NCBI GenBank assembly: GCA_965230925.1
Contig: OZ246403.1
Span: forward strand, 3,367-67,366
DNA length: 64,000 nt
From: an uncultured Candidatus Saccharibacteria bacterium
GTDB taxonomy: Bacteria; Patescibacteriota; Minisyncoccia; Phycocordibacterales; JACOZG01
Direction of reading: 5' to 3'
The notes under the pieces were generated by a model. It saw nothing but the letters and a program-made list of their open reading frames with translations. It was not told the origin of the DNA and did not search any database. Position numbers and translations under genes: made by a program. Below, piece after piece: positions 43,632 through 52,841 of the stretch. Position 1 is the stretch's first letter. The number at the start of each line of letters is the position of its first letter.

Positions 43632-44162
43632 TTGACAAAATGGTTGTTTTTTCCGAAAGGAGGGTTTGTGGACCTTGTTTCAGGTGTTCTGGTCTATTTT
43701 CTAACCAAGCTACTGTTTCAGCACTCATTTTCTTTACCAGAACTCGCGATTAGTATCTGTTTTGCGTTTGGGCCTGACCTTGATCTTGTCCCCTTCTTCT
43801 TGTTGCGCCGAAGGATGAAGCTTGTGAGCCATTGGATTATTCACTTTCCGCTCCCGTACATTCTGTTTGGTGGGCTGGTGGTCTGGGGGATAACGCGAGA
43901 GTGGTTCTTTCTTCTAAACTTTGTTTTTGCGAGCTTGGCACATTTTATCCACGATACGGCAAGTGTGCCTGGGATTAGGTGGCTGTGGCCGCTGTCTCGA
44001 CAGGCTTATGCCGTTGGCTGTAGCGGTGTGGTTCTGGTGAGTGAGGATGAGAGGCGCCGTTTCTACGATAAAATGGGTGATGGGGCACAACAACGAAGTT
44101 TTTTGGACGAGATCAAAATACGAGTGGGTCGGTGGCGACCGACATGGATGCGGCGTGGGTGA
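43632..44162 (+). CDS. Hypothetical membrane protein (possibly a DUF457/YdjM-like membrane-bound metal-dependent hydrolase)
   Basis: Several TM segments. The LAHFIHD motif is weak evidence. Confidence 0.3.
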   Translation: MTKWLFFPKGGFVDLVSGVLVYFLTKLLFQHSFSLPELAISICFAFGPDLDLVPFFLLRRRMKLVSHWIIHFPLPYILFGGLVVWGITREWFFLLNFVFASLAHFIHDTASVPGIRWLWPLSRQAYAVGCSGVVLVSEDERRRFYDKMGDGAQQRSFLDEIKIRVGRWRPTWMRRG

Positions 44163-44258
44163 TTTCGGGAAAAAGAAAGGTAATGCAACACGCGGAGAGT
44201 GATCCTTTCCGCGTGTTTTTTCTTGCTGTTTTTTTAAAAATTTGTTTTACTTTGTTTT

Positions 44259-44867
44259 GTGGGATTGATTTCTTTTTTAAAAAAACTTCCGGTTGATGTT
44301 GGACAGGCTGAAAGAAAACACGATTCTGCAGGCAAGCTAATCGCCTTTTCTTTTATTAATAGCGCGAAAAAAGGGGGGCGGGCGCTTGATATTGGTTGTC
44401 GAGATGGTTACTGGGCAGAAAAACTTAAGACAAAAGGCTACGACGTTTCCGCCATTGACCTTGAACCTCAGTATGAGTCGGCACTTACTCATGATGTAGA
44501 AAAGGGGCTACCCTTTGGTGAAAGGAGTTTTGATGTTGTGTGGTGTACCGAGGTAATAGAGCATTTATACCAGCCTGGGAGTCTCTTAGAAGAAATTCGG
44601 AGAGTGTTGCGGCCCGGTGGGATTGCTGTTTTAACTACCCCTAATTCAGGCTGGTGGTTTTATAAAATAGTTAAGCTTTGGGGTTGGACGCCAAAGAAAC
44701 TACAAAATCCCGATCACAAGCAGTTTTTTACTGAGAAGTATCTAAAGAAAATGGCCCCAGAATATTCTTGTTTTGGCTATTTTCCGTACATTTTATTTTT
44801 TCGGAAGATTAAAAGACTTGTTGGTTTTCTTTCGCCCACATTTGTTTTAATTTATGTTCACTTATAG
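44259..44867 (+). CDS. Class I SAM-dependent methyltransferase
   Basis: ALDIGCRDGYWAEKL (motif I). VVWCTEVIEHL. VLRPGGIAVLTTPN. Confidence 0.6.
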   Translation: MGLISFLKKLPVDVGQAERKHDSAGKLIAFSFINSAKKGGRALDIGCRDGYWAEKLKTKGYDVSAIDLEPQYESALTHDVEKGLPFGERSFDVVWCTEVIEHLYQPGSLLEEIRRVLRPGGIAVLTTPNSGWWFYKIVKLWGWTPKKLQNPDHKQFFTEKYLKKMAPEYSCFGYFPYILFFRKIKRLVGFLSPTFVLIYVHL

Positions 44868-44900
44868 ACTAAACTCGGGTTACTTGTTAATGTCTCAAAC

Positions 44901-47093
44901 ATGAAAAACGTTTTACGCTCTTTAACCCTAGGGATAATTTTTGTCGTACCGTTTGTACCCCTGATGGTTACCGAGTCTTTATTTTTTCCTTTTATTACCG
45001 GTAAGAACTTTGGGTTTCGGATTATTGTAGAAATCCTTGTTGTTTTGTGGCTTATTCTTGCCTTGCGAGATCAGGCTTATCGGCCACGACGTTCAGGAAT
45101 TCTTTGGGCGGCTATTGCTACGGTGGGCTTTTTAATCCTTGCCACTATTTTTGGTCTTAATCCTTACCGCAGTTTCTGGTCTAACTTTGAGCGCATGGAG
45201 GGCCTTATTACCCACCTCCATCTTTTTGCCTACTTCTTGATTTTGATTTCAGTACTTAAAACAGAAAAGCTGTGGTCCTGGTTTGCCCATTCTTCTTTGG
45301 TGGCAAATCTAATGGTGGGTGTTTATGCTTCATATCAACTTGCTGACAAATTGCTTATTAATCAAGGTGGTGCGCGCGTGGATGCTACTTTTGGTAATGC
45401 CACTTACCTTGCGGTTTATGAGATTTTCCACATTTTTTTACTTGTTTTCTTAATTTTGCGACCGAGATTAAAATCTACCATAACCGGCGTATGGTGGCTT
45501 CGGGTTGGATATTTAGCCCTGCTTGTTCTAGACCTTATTTTACTTTACAAGACCGCCACCCGCGGAGCCGTGCTCGGTCTTATTGGAGGGGTATTTCTTT
45601 CCGGTCTTCTCATTGGGGTTTTCGAGCGTGATAATCGTTGGATTAAGAAAATGGGTTTGGGGTTTGTGGCCGCAGTAATTGTTCTCGTCGGAGTCTTTTT
45701 GGCCTGGCGTGATACTGACTTTGTTCGCGAAAGTCCGGTATTGAGACGTTTCGCCACTATTTCATTGAATGATTCTAACGCCCGTCTTCTCATTTGGAAT
45801 ATGAGTTGGGAGGGCTTCAAAGAGCGGCCAATTCTTGGGTGGGGACCAGAGAATTATCCTCTTGTTTTCAATAAATATTATGATCCGCGAATGTACAACC
45901 AAGAACAATGGTTTGACCGTTCACACAACGTAATTTTTGATTGGTTAATTACCGCTGGCATCCTCGGTCTTCTGGCCTATCTTTCACTTTATCTTACTGC
46001 GCTTTATTGCTTGTGGCGACGGGCAAGTCCTTTTAGTGTTACCGAAAGATCGTTGTTCACCGGTCTCCTTGCTGCCTATTTCTTCCATAATATTTTTGTT
46101 TTCGATAACCTGATTAGTTATTTACTTTTCTTTGCTCTTTTGGCCTATTTCCATGTTCGAAGCGTCGAGAATGTGGGTAGTTCTGTGTGGATCAAGAAAA
46201 ATTTTTCATATCCCACACAAACCATTGCGTCGGTTGCGGTGGGGATTGTTGTTCTTTTCTGTCTCTATTCTTTTAATCTTAAGCCCATTCTTGCCGGACA
46301 AACCCTCATTCAAACACTAAGCACTCAAGACGCTAATCAGAAAATTACTTTACTCGAGAAGGTGTTTACCTACAACACCTTTGTTTCTACTGAAGCAAGT
46401 GAGCAAGCGGTTTCTGTGGCTTCCCAGGCCGCAGGGTTCAAAGACCTGCCGGGGGAAATAAAACAAAAATTTGCCACTCTTGCTTTGCAAGAAATTGATA
46501 ACTCTATCAATCGTGATCCAGAAAATGCTCGGTACCATTTGTTCCGGGGTTCGCTTTTAACCCGCTTTGGTCAGTTTGAAGATGCAGAAAAGAGTCTCCT
46601 GAAGGCAAAGGAACTTTCACCCAAGAAACAAACATTGATTTTTGAACTTGGTAATTTGTACTTAGCAAAAGGGGATAACCCCAAGGCTATTGCTATTTTC
46701 AAAGAAGCCTTTGAGCTAGAACCTCGCTTTGAAGAGGCGAGACGTGCATACGCTATTGCTGCAATTCTAACGGGCGACAATAAGCTTGCTGACGAAATTA
46801 TTTCCGGAAGTACAAACCCAAATTTTACCGTTGACGATCGCTTTATTAACGCTTATGCCGCGACTAAGCAGTTTTCTAAACTTTTAACTTTGTGGCAAAA
46901 GAAGGTGGAAAATGAGCCAGAAAACGCGCTGTCTCGAACCTCGCTAGCCATGGCTTATTGGGCCAACAATCAGCGCACTAACGCTATCACTGAGTTCCGT
47001 AAGGCCGCTGAGCTGGATCCGAAGTTGCAAATAGAAGTTGATAAAACGATTAAGGTGATTCAGGACGGTGTTCGCTTCGACCAAGTTAAATAA
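44901..47093 (+). CDS. O-antigen ligase (Wzy_C) family polytopic membrane protein with C-terminal TPR repeats
   Basis: N-terminal region with about 10-12 TM and a Wzy_C-like large periplasmic loop. C-terminal FRGSLLTRFGQFEDAEKSLLKAKEL / GNLYLAKGDNPKAIAIFKEAFELEP TPR units. Confidence 0.55.
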   Translation: MKNVLRSLTLGIIFVVPFVPLMVTESLFFPFITGKNFGFRIIVEILVVLWLILALRDQAYRPRRSGILWAAIATVGFLILATIFGLNPYRSFWSNFERMEGLITHLHLFAYFLILISVLKTEKLWSWFAHSSLVANLMVGVYASYQLADKLLINQGGARVDATFGNATYLAVYEIFHIFLLVFLILRPRLKSTITGVWWLRVGYLALLVLDLILLYKTATRGAVLGLIGGVFLSGLLIGVFERDNRWIKKMGLGFVAAVIVLVGVFLAWRDTDFVRESPVLRRFATISLNDSNARLLIWNMSWEGFKERPILGWGPENYPLVFNKYYDPRMYNQEQWFDRSHNVIFDWLITAGILGLLAYLSLYLTALYCLWRRASPFSVTERSLFTGLLAAYFFHNIFVFDNLISYLLFFALLAYFHVRSVENVGSSVWIKKNFSYPTQTIASVAVGIVVLFCLYSFNLKPILAGQTLIQTLSTQDANQKITLLEKVFTYNTFVSTEASEQAVSVASQAAGFKDLPGEIKQKFATLALQEIDNSINRDPENARYHLFRGSLLTRFGQFEDAEKSLLKAKELSPKKQTLIFELGNLYLAKGDNPKAIAIFKEAFELEPRFEEARRAYAIAAILTGDNKLADEIISGSTNPNFTVDDRFINAYAATKQFSKLLTLWQKKVENEPENALSRTSLAMAYWANNQRTNAITEFRKAAELDPKLQIEVDKTIKVIQDGVRFDQVK

Positions 47094-47123
47094 ACTTATC
47101 CACCGCCTGCCGGTGAGGTAGGC

Positions 47124-47248
47124 TTGACTTCTGTTGGTCATTCTGCTAAGATGCTCGGCGTGAGTGCTGTAGGCCTTTGGCTTAGGTACTAACAAATAAA
47201 TGTCTTACGTAAGTCCCGCCCTTGTGGCGGGATTTGCGTTTTTTTGAC
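47124..47248 (+). ncRNA. Candidate small RNA transcription unit with a sigma70-like promoter and an intrinsic terminator (unknown function)
   Basis: TTGACT-17nt-TAAGAT at about 47124-47152. The terminator CCCGCC-cttgtg-GCGGG plus T-run sits at 47215-47248. No ORF lies in between. Confidence 0.3.
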
Positions 47249-47523
47249 TAAAGTGGCTATAATGAGCACGGTTGTGCCTTTCCGTGGCTAGCGGCCGCAC
47301 TCATATAAAGACATTTAGTATGGAGTTAGCACTCCGCTAGCCGCGACTTGGCATAACTTTTATTTTCATGCGTTACACTTGGACTTCCGTTGCTATCCTC
47401 TTTATTTGGATCTGTGCCTCGATTCTTATGGTTTCAAGCCGTTTGCCGAGCCCGGAGGGTTTTTTTGCGCTTCTTATGATGCTTACAGTCGCTCTGGCCT
47501 ATATCGGCTTCCGGTCAAAATAA

Positions 47524-49095
47524 GTGAAGACTTTTCTTCAAGTAAAACGATTTTTCACCCGGCTAGCGCAGATTACTCGGCTTATTTTTCACCTCAGCTT
47601 TCGATCGAGAGATCCGCGACCGGTTCGTTTGCGACTCTTTTTCGAACAAACGGGTGGCGCTTTCCTTAAACTCGGCCAGATTCTTTCTCTTCGTTACGAC
47701 CTTTTACCTGAAGCCTATACCGATCAGCTTCTCCACCTTCTCTCGCGGGTTAAAACTTTGCCGATCGAAAAAATGAAACCGGTTTTCCGAGCAGAGACGG
47801 GACATGAACCAGAAGAATTATTTGCCGAATTTGAAGAAACGCCAATTGCTTCAGCTTCCATTTCTCAAGTCTATCGAGCAAGGTTGAAAAGTGGTGAAGT
47901 TGTGGCAGTGAAGATTCAGCGGCCAGGAATTGAAGAAGTGTTTGAAACCGACATTGTTCTCGCTTCGTTTTTGGCCCGAGTAATGAGTGTTTTTAGCTTT
48001 TTTCGCGCTTGGCAATTGAGAGAGCTTATTCAGGATTTTGCAGAGTGGACGCGGCGGGAACTCGACTTTCGCTTTGAGACTAAGAATGGCGCAGCCCTTC
48101 GCGAGTACAGTACAGCGAGTGTTCGCACCGTAATTCCTCGAGTTTACGAAGAATGGACGACAAAGCGCTTGATGGTGAGTGAGTTTTTGGAAGATATTTT
48201 CTCCGTTGATACCGTGATGCGCGCCGTGCAAGAAAATCCCGCTTACCGCGACAAGCTGCTTGCCGAACACCAAATTGATCTCAAAGAGATGTCCTATTAT
48301 TTTATTGCTGACATGATGCGGCAGTATCTCGTTGACGGTTTCTTCCACGCTGATCCTCATCCGGCCAACATTTTCTTTTTACCAAACAATAAACTTGGTT
48401 ACTTTGATTTTGGAATTATGGGTGAAGCGGGGGAAGAGAGAGTTTATCTTTTACGAATCGTTTATGGCATTCTCAAGCGTGACTTAACTTATGCCAGCCA
48501 AAACTTTTTGGGTTTCAGTAAGAGTCTTTTCCGTCGTGAGGCTGAGCTTTTCAAAGATCGAGACAAAGAAGCGTATGAGAAATATCAAAAAGTGATTGAG
48601 AAAGTTGAGGAGATTATGGTTGATAACCTGCGACTTGATCTCGAAGAGCTCTTAGCGCCTTGGTACGACGCCGCAAACAAAGGCAATGAAAATCGTACCA
48701 ACGAGGAAACGATGGCCTATGTGTTTACCCGCATGATGATGCGCACGCGCAAGTACGGCATTAGTTTGCCAAATGCGGCGGCGATCTTCTTCCGCACTTT
48801 GGTGATTACTGGTATGGTTGCGTTGCGCCTGGAGCCGTCTTTTGATATTCTCCAAGGATTACAGCGATTCTTTGACGATTATCCACTCTACGAAGCGGAA
48901 GAAAAGATTAAAGAAAGAGTTGCCGCTCCGGTGCCAAAAGAGGAAATTGATCCACTTTCTCATCTTTCTTTCGAGCAGTTCTTGGAATTAAAAGAAGAGG
49001 AAGAAGATCGTTTACTGATGGCCAAAGAACGGCTTGGTGACCTCATTATGAGTTACGCCGAGAAGTATGAAGAAATTCGCAAACTATTACACTAA
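47524..49095 (+). CDS. ubiB: UbiB/ABC1 (AarF-domain) atypical protein kinase family protein; GTG start
   Basis: FLKLGQILSLRYDLLPEAY...ASASISQVYRARLKSGEVVAVKIQRPGIEE are the canonical ABC1/UbiB motifs. Confidence 0.75.
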   Translation: MKTFLQVKRFFTRLAQITRLIFHLSFRSRDPRPVRLRLFFEQTGGAFLKLGQILSLRYDLLPEAYTDQLLHLLSRVKTLPIEKMKPVFRAETGHEPEELFAEFEETPIASASISQVYRARLKSGEVVAVKIQRPGIEEVFETDIVLASFLARVMSVFSFFRAWQLRELIQDFAEWTRRELDFRFETKNGAALREYSTASVRTVIPRVYEEWTTKRLMVSEFLEDIFSVDTVMRAVQENPAYRDKLLAEHQIDLKEMSYYFIADMMRQYLVDGFFHADPHPANIFFLPNNKLGYFDFGIMGEAGEERVYLLRIVYGILKRDLTYASQNFLGFSKSLFRREAELFKDRDKEAYEKYQKVIEKVEEIMVDNLRLDLEELLAPWYDAANKGNENRTNEETMAYVFTRMMMRTRKYGISLPNAAAIFFRTLVITGMVALRLEPSFDILQGLQRFFDDYPLYEAEEKIKERVAAPVPKEEIDPLSHLSFEQFLELKEEEEDRLLMAKERLGDLIMSYAEKYEEIRKLLH

Positions 49096-49104
49096 ATAAT
49101 TATT

Positions 49105-49272
49105 ATGAAATATCCTTGGACCGCACTTTCGCTCATCATCATCTGGATCGCTACCACCTACATTGTGGTGAAGCAATCGAATTTGGAAGTGAATCGAATT
49201 TTATTGATCACGCTCATCGGCACGATCATCATTGCCTTCATCGGATTCCGCACTCCAACGATGGGGAAGTAA
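49105..49272 (+). CDS. Small (55 aa) two-TM hypothetical membrane protein
   Basis: MKYPWTALSLIIIWIATTYIVVKQSNLEVNRILLITLIGTIIIAFIGFRTPTMGK. Missing from the ORF track only because it is under 60 aa. Confidence 0.25.
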   Translation: MKYPWTALSLIIIWIATTYIVVKQSNLEVNRILLITLIGTIIIAFIGFRTPTMGK

Positions 49273-49592
49273 TTTTTTGCACAAACAAAAATAAAAGTTA
49301 TCCACATTTTGAGAGAAAAGTTCTTGTGAGGAAAATTTATTTGCGCGATAATTATAAGCGACGATGATAGCAACCAAATATTTTCGGTCGATTGTTATCG
49401 TCACGACTTTTTGGAAATAATTTTTCTGTAAATAAAAAAATGGCAAAAAAGAAAAAGAAAGCCGCAAAGAAGACTTCTAAGAAGAAGACTTCAAAGCGAA
49501 AGAAGCGATAGTTCGCCGCGGTGAATTAGAAAAAACAGCTCGTCAGAAATGACGGGTTGTTTTTGTCTTAAAATCTGTCACAATACAAGCCC

Positions 49593-52067
49593 ATGTCTTT
49601 TTTATCCAAACTCCTTGGTGGTGAGAGTGATCCGGCGCGCGATTACGCGCCATTGGTGGCTCAAATTAACGCTCTAGAGCCCGAACTTCAGAAATTGAGC
49701 AATGATGAACTAAAGGCGAAAACGGCTGATTTTAAGGCGCGCTTAGCATCCGGTGCTACGCTCGATGACCTTTTGCCGGAGGCCTTTGCCGCGGTGCGCG
49801 AAGCGGCTCGACGCACGCTTGGTCAGCGTCACTACGATGTGCAACTCATCGGTGGCGCGATTTTACATAAGGGAACGATTGCTGAAATGAAAACCGGTGA
49901 AGGTAAAACACTCGTGGCGACCTTGCCCGTGTATCTCAATGCGCTCACCGGCCAGGGCGTGCACGTGATTACTGTTAACGATTATCTCTCGAGTCGCGAC
50001 GGCGCGTGGATGGGTCAAGTCTACGATGCGCTTGGTCTCACGCTTGGTATCATCAATCACGAAACGTCGTACCTCTATGATCCGAGTCATAAAGAGCTGG
50101 ATGCTGAGCGCGATACTACCGGTAGTTTCAAAGTAGTTCATGAATTTTTGCGTCCTGTCTCGCGTCGCGAGGCGTATGCCGCCGATATTACCTATGGTAC
50201 CAATAATGAATTTGGTTTCGACTATCTGCGCGACAATTTGGCGCAGACTAAGGATCGCGTGGTGCAAAGATTCGAACATAATTTTGCTATCGTTGACGAA
50301 GTTGACTCGATTCTTATTGATGAAGCGCGCACGCCGCTGATTATCTCCGCGCCGGTGGCCGAGAGCGAGAGTTTGTACGTTACTTTTACGCAAATTGCAG
50401 CTCAACTTGAGCCGGAAGTGGATTACGAAGTGGATGAGAAAACGCGTCAGGTGGCGGTGAAGGAATCGGGGATTGAGAAGGCGGAGAAATTGATGGGGAT
50501 TGAGAACTTTTATACCGAAGGTGGGGTGAAGTATGCCTTCCATCTCGAGACTGCTCTGCGGGCCAAGGCGCATTATCTCCGCGATCGCGAATATGTGGTC
50601 AAGGGTGGCGAGGTGATCATTGTTGATGAGTTTACGGGGCGCTTGCAGCCCGGCCGACGCTGGAGTGAAGGCTTGCATCAAGCGGTGGAGGCTAAGGAAG
50701 CCGTGCGCGTGCGCGAGGAAAGTAAGACCTTCGCCAGCATTACCTATCAAAATTATTTTAAATTATACAAAAAGTTAAGCGGCATGACGGGTACGGCGCT
50801 GACCTCGAAGGAAGAATTCCAGAAAGTGTATGGTCTCGATACCATTGCGGTACCTACACATCGCGCCAGTGCTCGGGCAGATAAAAATGATCTGATTTTC
50901 CAGACCGAAAACGGCAAGATGAAGGCCGTGGCTCGCGAGATTAAGAAAATTCACGACACTGGTCAACCAGTGCTCGTGGGTACCGTTTCGATTGAGAAAA
51001 ATGAGCTTGTTTCTGCTCACCTTAAGTCGGCCGGCGTGCCTCACGAGGTCTTGAACGCCAAGAATCATGAGCAAGAAGGCGCGATTATTGCCGGCGCCGG
51101 GAAGAAGGGTAGTGTGGTGGTGGCGACGAACATGGCGGGTCGCGGTGTGGATATTAAGCTCGGTGGACCGCTCTCCACGCCAGAGGAAGCGGAAGAAATT
51201 AAGAAGCTCGGCGGGCTCTTCGTCCTCGGTACCGAGCGTCACGATGCGCGGCGGATTGATAATCAGTTGCGTGGTCGTGCTGGTCGGCAGGGTGATCCGG
51301 GTGCTACCCAATTTTTCATCTCGCTTGAAGATAGTTTGGCGCGGATTTTCGCTTCCGATCGCATTAAGGGGATGATGGGACGTTTTGGCATTCCGGAAGA
51401 TGAGGCGATTGAGAACCGGCTGGTGACGCGCGCCATCGAGAGCGCGCAAGCGAAGATCGAAGGTCTTAATCTAGATTCCCGTCGCTACTTACTTGAGTAC
51501 GACAGTGTCTTGAATCAACATCGCACCACGATTTATGCCCGCCGCCGGCAAATTCTTTTCGGCGACGACGCCGCGATTGAGCAACTTATTACCGATGCGG
51601 TGGCAAACGCGAAGCTTACGCCAGAAGACCAAGCTGATTTTGATACGAAGCTTGCTAGTAAACGTGAGAAATTTGGTCCGGAATTTCTTAATCTTGTGCG
51701 TCGCTTGGCTCTTCAAGCCGTCGATCACCTCTGGGTAGATCACCTTGAGTCAATGGATTATCTCAAGCAGAGTGTGCGCCTGCGCGCTTACGGTCAGCGC
51801 GATCCGTTTATTGAATATAAAAAAGAAGGTCTCGCGATGTTCCGCATGCTCGAGCTGCATTGGGCGCGTGGCCTTCTCGGCGCCATCGCCTCGCTCGGCG
51901 ACCAAGCCGCGCCCGCTCCCGCGCCACGACTTCAGACCACCACCCAAGCGATCAACGTTATTACTTCTAAAAATCAAGCCAAAAACGAACCCACCGTCGG
52001 CCGCAACGACCCCTGTCCTTGTGGTTCCGGTAAGAAGTTTAAAAAGTGTCATGGGGCTAATGCATGA
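49593..52067 (+). CDS. secA: Preprotein translocase ATPase SecA
   Basis: [14 protein letters not shown] Walker A. DEAD-like motor. C-terminal zinc finger [14 protein letters not shown]. Confidence 0.95.
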   Translation: MSFLSKLLGGESDPARDYAPLVAQINALEPELQKLSNDELKAKTADFKARLASGATLDDLLPEAFAAVREAARRTLGQRHYDVQLIGGAILHKGTIAEMKTGEGKTLVATLPVYLNALTGQGVHVITVNDYLSSRDGAWMGQVYDALGLTLGIINHETSYLYDPSHKELDAERDTTGSFKVVHEFLRPVSRREAYAADITYGTNNEFGFDYLRDNLAQTKDRVVQRFEHNFAIVDEVDSILIDEARTPLIISAPVAESESLYVTFTQIAAQLEPEVDYEVDEKTRQVAVKESGIEKAEKLMGIENFYTEGGVKYAFHLETALRAKAHYLRDREYVVKGGEVIIVDEFTGRLQPGRRWSEGLHQAVEAKEAVRVREESKTFASITYQNYFKLYKKLSGMTGTALTSKEEFQKVYGLDTIAVPTHRASARADKNDLIFQTENGKMKAVAREIKKIHDTGQPVLVGTVSIEKNELVSAHLKSAGVPHEVLNAKNHEQEGAIIAGAGKKGSVVVATNMAGRGVDIKLGGPLSTPEEAEEIKKLGGLFVLGTERHDARRIDNQLRGRAGRQGDPGATQFFISLEDSLARIFASDRIKGMMGRFGIPEDEAIENRLVTRAIESAQAKIEGLNLDSRRYLLEYDSVLNQHRTTIYARRRQILFGDDAAIEQLITDAVANAKLTPEDQADFDTKLASKREKFGPEFLNLVRRLALQAVDHLWVDHLESMDYLKQSVRLRAYGQRDPFIEYKKEGLAMFRMLELHWARGLLGAIASLGDQAAPAPAPRLQTTTQAINVITSKNQAKNEPTVGRNDPCPCGSGKKFKKCHGANA

Positions 52068-52615
52068 GAGAAATCGAAATCAAATTGAGAGTAGATAATT
52101 TGGAAGAAGTTGCAAGTTTGCTCTTGGCGCGTGGTTGCGAACTTTCTTCACCTTTTCATCAGCATGACGTCACTTATACCAAGGGTGGAAGCACGGCTGA
52201 GTGGCAGGCATCGAAGGAGGGGCACACCGTGATGCGAATTAGACGTCTCGCGAACGGGACGCTCCTCGCTTATAAAGAGCAAAAACTTGGCGAAATGGAC
52301 AATATTGAACACGAAACCGAAGTTGGAGACGCTGATACCGCTCATCAAATTCTTCTCGCCCTAGGTTTTGTCCCTGGGGTAGAAGTGAAAAAGCTTCGCC
52401 GGAAAGGGAAATTGGGAGAATATGAAATTTGTTTAGACGAAGTTGAGGGACTGGGAACCTTTATCGAACTTGAGAAGCTTGCTCCAGAAGAGGTTGATGC
52501 TGAATTGGTGCGAGAGGAACTTTTTGCCACCTTAGAATCCCTTGGCCTTTCTCGCGACCGTGAAGAAAAACGTGGCTACGATACTCAGGTTTTTCAAAAA
52601 TTACAGGGAAAATGA
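52064..52615 (+). CDS. CYTH-domain protein (class IV adenylate cyclase / triphosphatase fold, CyaB-like)
   Basis: The N-terminus EIEIKLRV with downstream acidic E-x-E motifs is typical of CYTH. Confidence 0.6.
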   Translation: MREIEIKLRVDNLEEVASLLLARGCELSSPFHQHDVTYTKGGSTAEWQASKEGHTVMRIRRLANGTLLAYKEQKLGEMDNIEHETEVGDADTAHQILLALGFVPGVEVKKLRRKGKLGEYEICLDEVEGLGTFIELEKLAPEEVDAELVREELFATLESLGLSRDREEKRGYDTQVFQKLQGK

Positions 52616-52619
52616 AACT

Positions 52620-52841
52620 ATGACCGAAAAAATTAAACTCGGAACTTACGAACACTTTAAAGGTAAGCAGTATAGGGTGATTGGTGTAGCTAAAAACAGT
52701 GAGAATATCGAAGAAGAATTTGTGGTATATCAGGCGCTGTATGGTGAAAAGATGTTGTGGATTCGCCCTGTCGCAATGTTTTTAGAAAACGTTGATAAGC
52801 CGGAATACAAAGGTCCGCGATTCAAATATGTCGGAGAATAA
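52620..52841 (+). CDS. DUF1653 family protein (track ORF starts at 52542)
   Basis: GTYEHFKGKQYRVIGVAKNSENIEEEFVVYQALYGE...WIRPVAMF matches DUF1653. Confidence 0.55.
   Translation: MTEKIKLGTYEHFKGKQYRVIGVAKNSENIEEEFVVYQALYGEKMLWIRPVAMFLENVDKPEYKGPRFKYVGE

Noticed and set aside
47379-47669. 96-aa ORF spanning the noncoding gap and the 5' end of the ubiB-like gene
   Set aside because: It overlaps the better-supported UbiB frame and crosses the promoter and terminator elements. Its sequence is not protein-like. It is more likely noncoding.
49863-51449. Long antisense ORFs 49863..50750 (295 aa) and 50775..51449 (224 aa) opposite secA
   Set aside because: secA is unambiguous on the + strand. The antisense translations have no motifs and arise from GC-rich codon bias.
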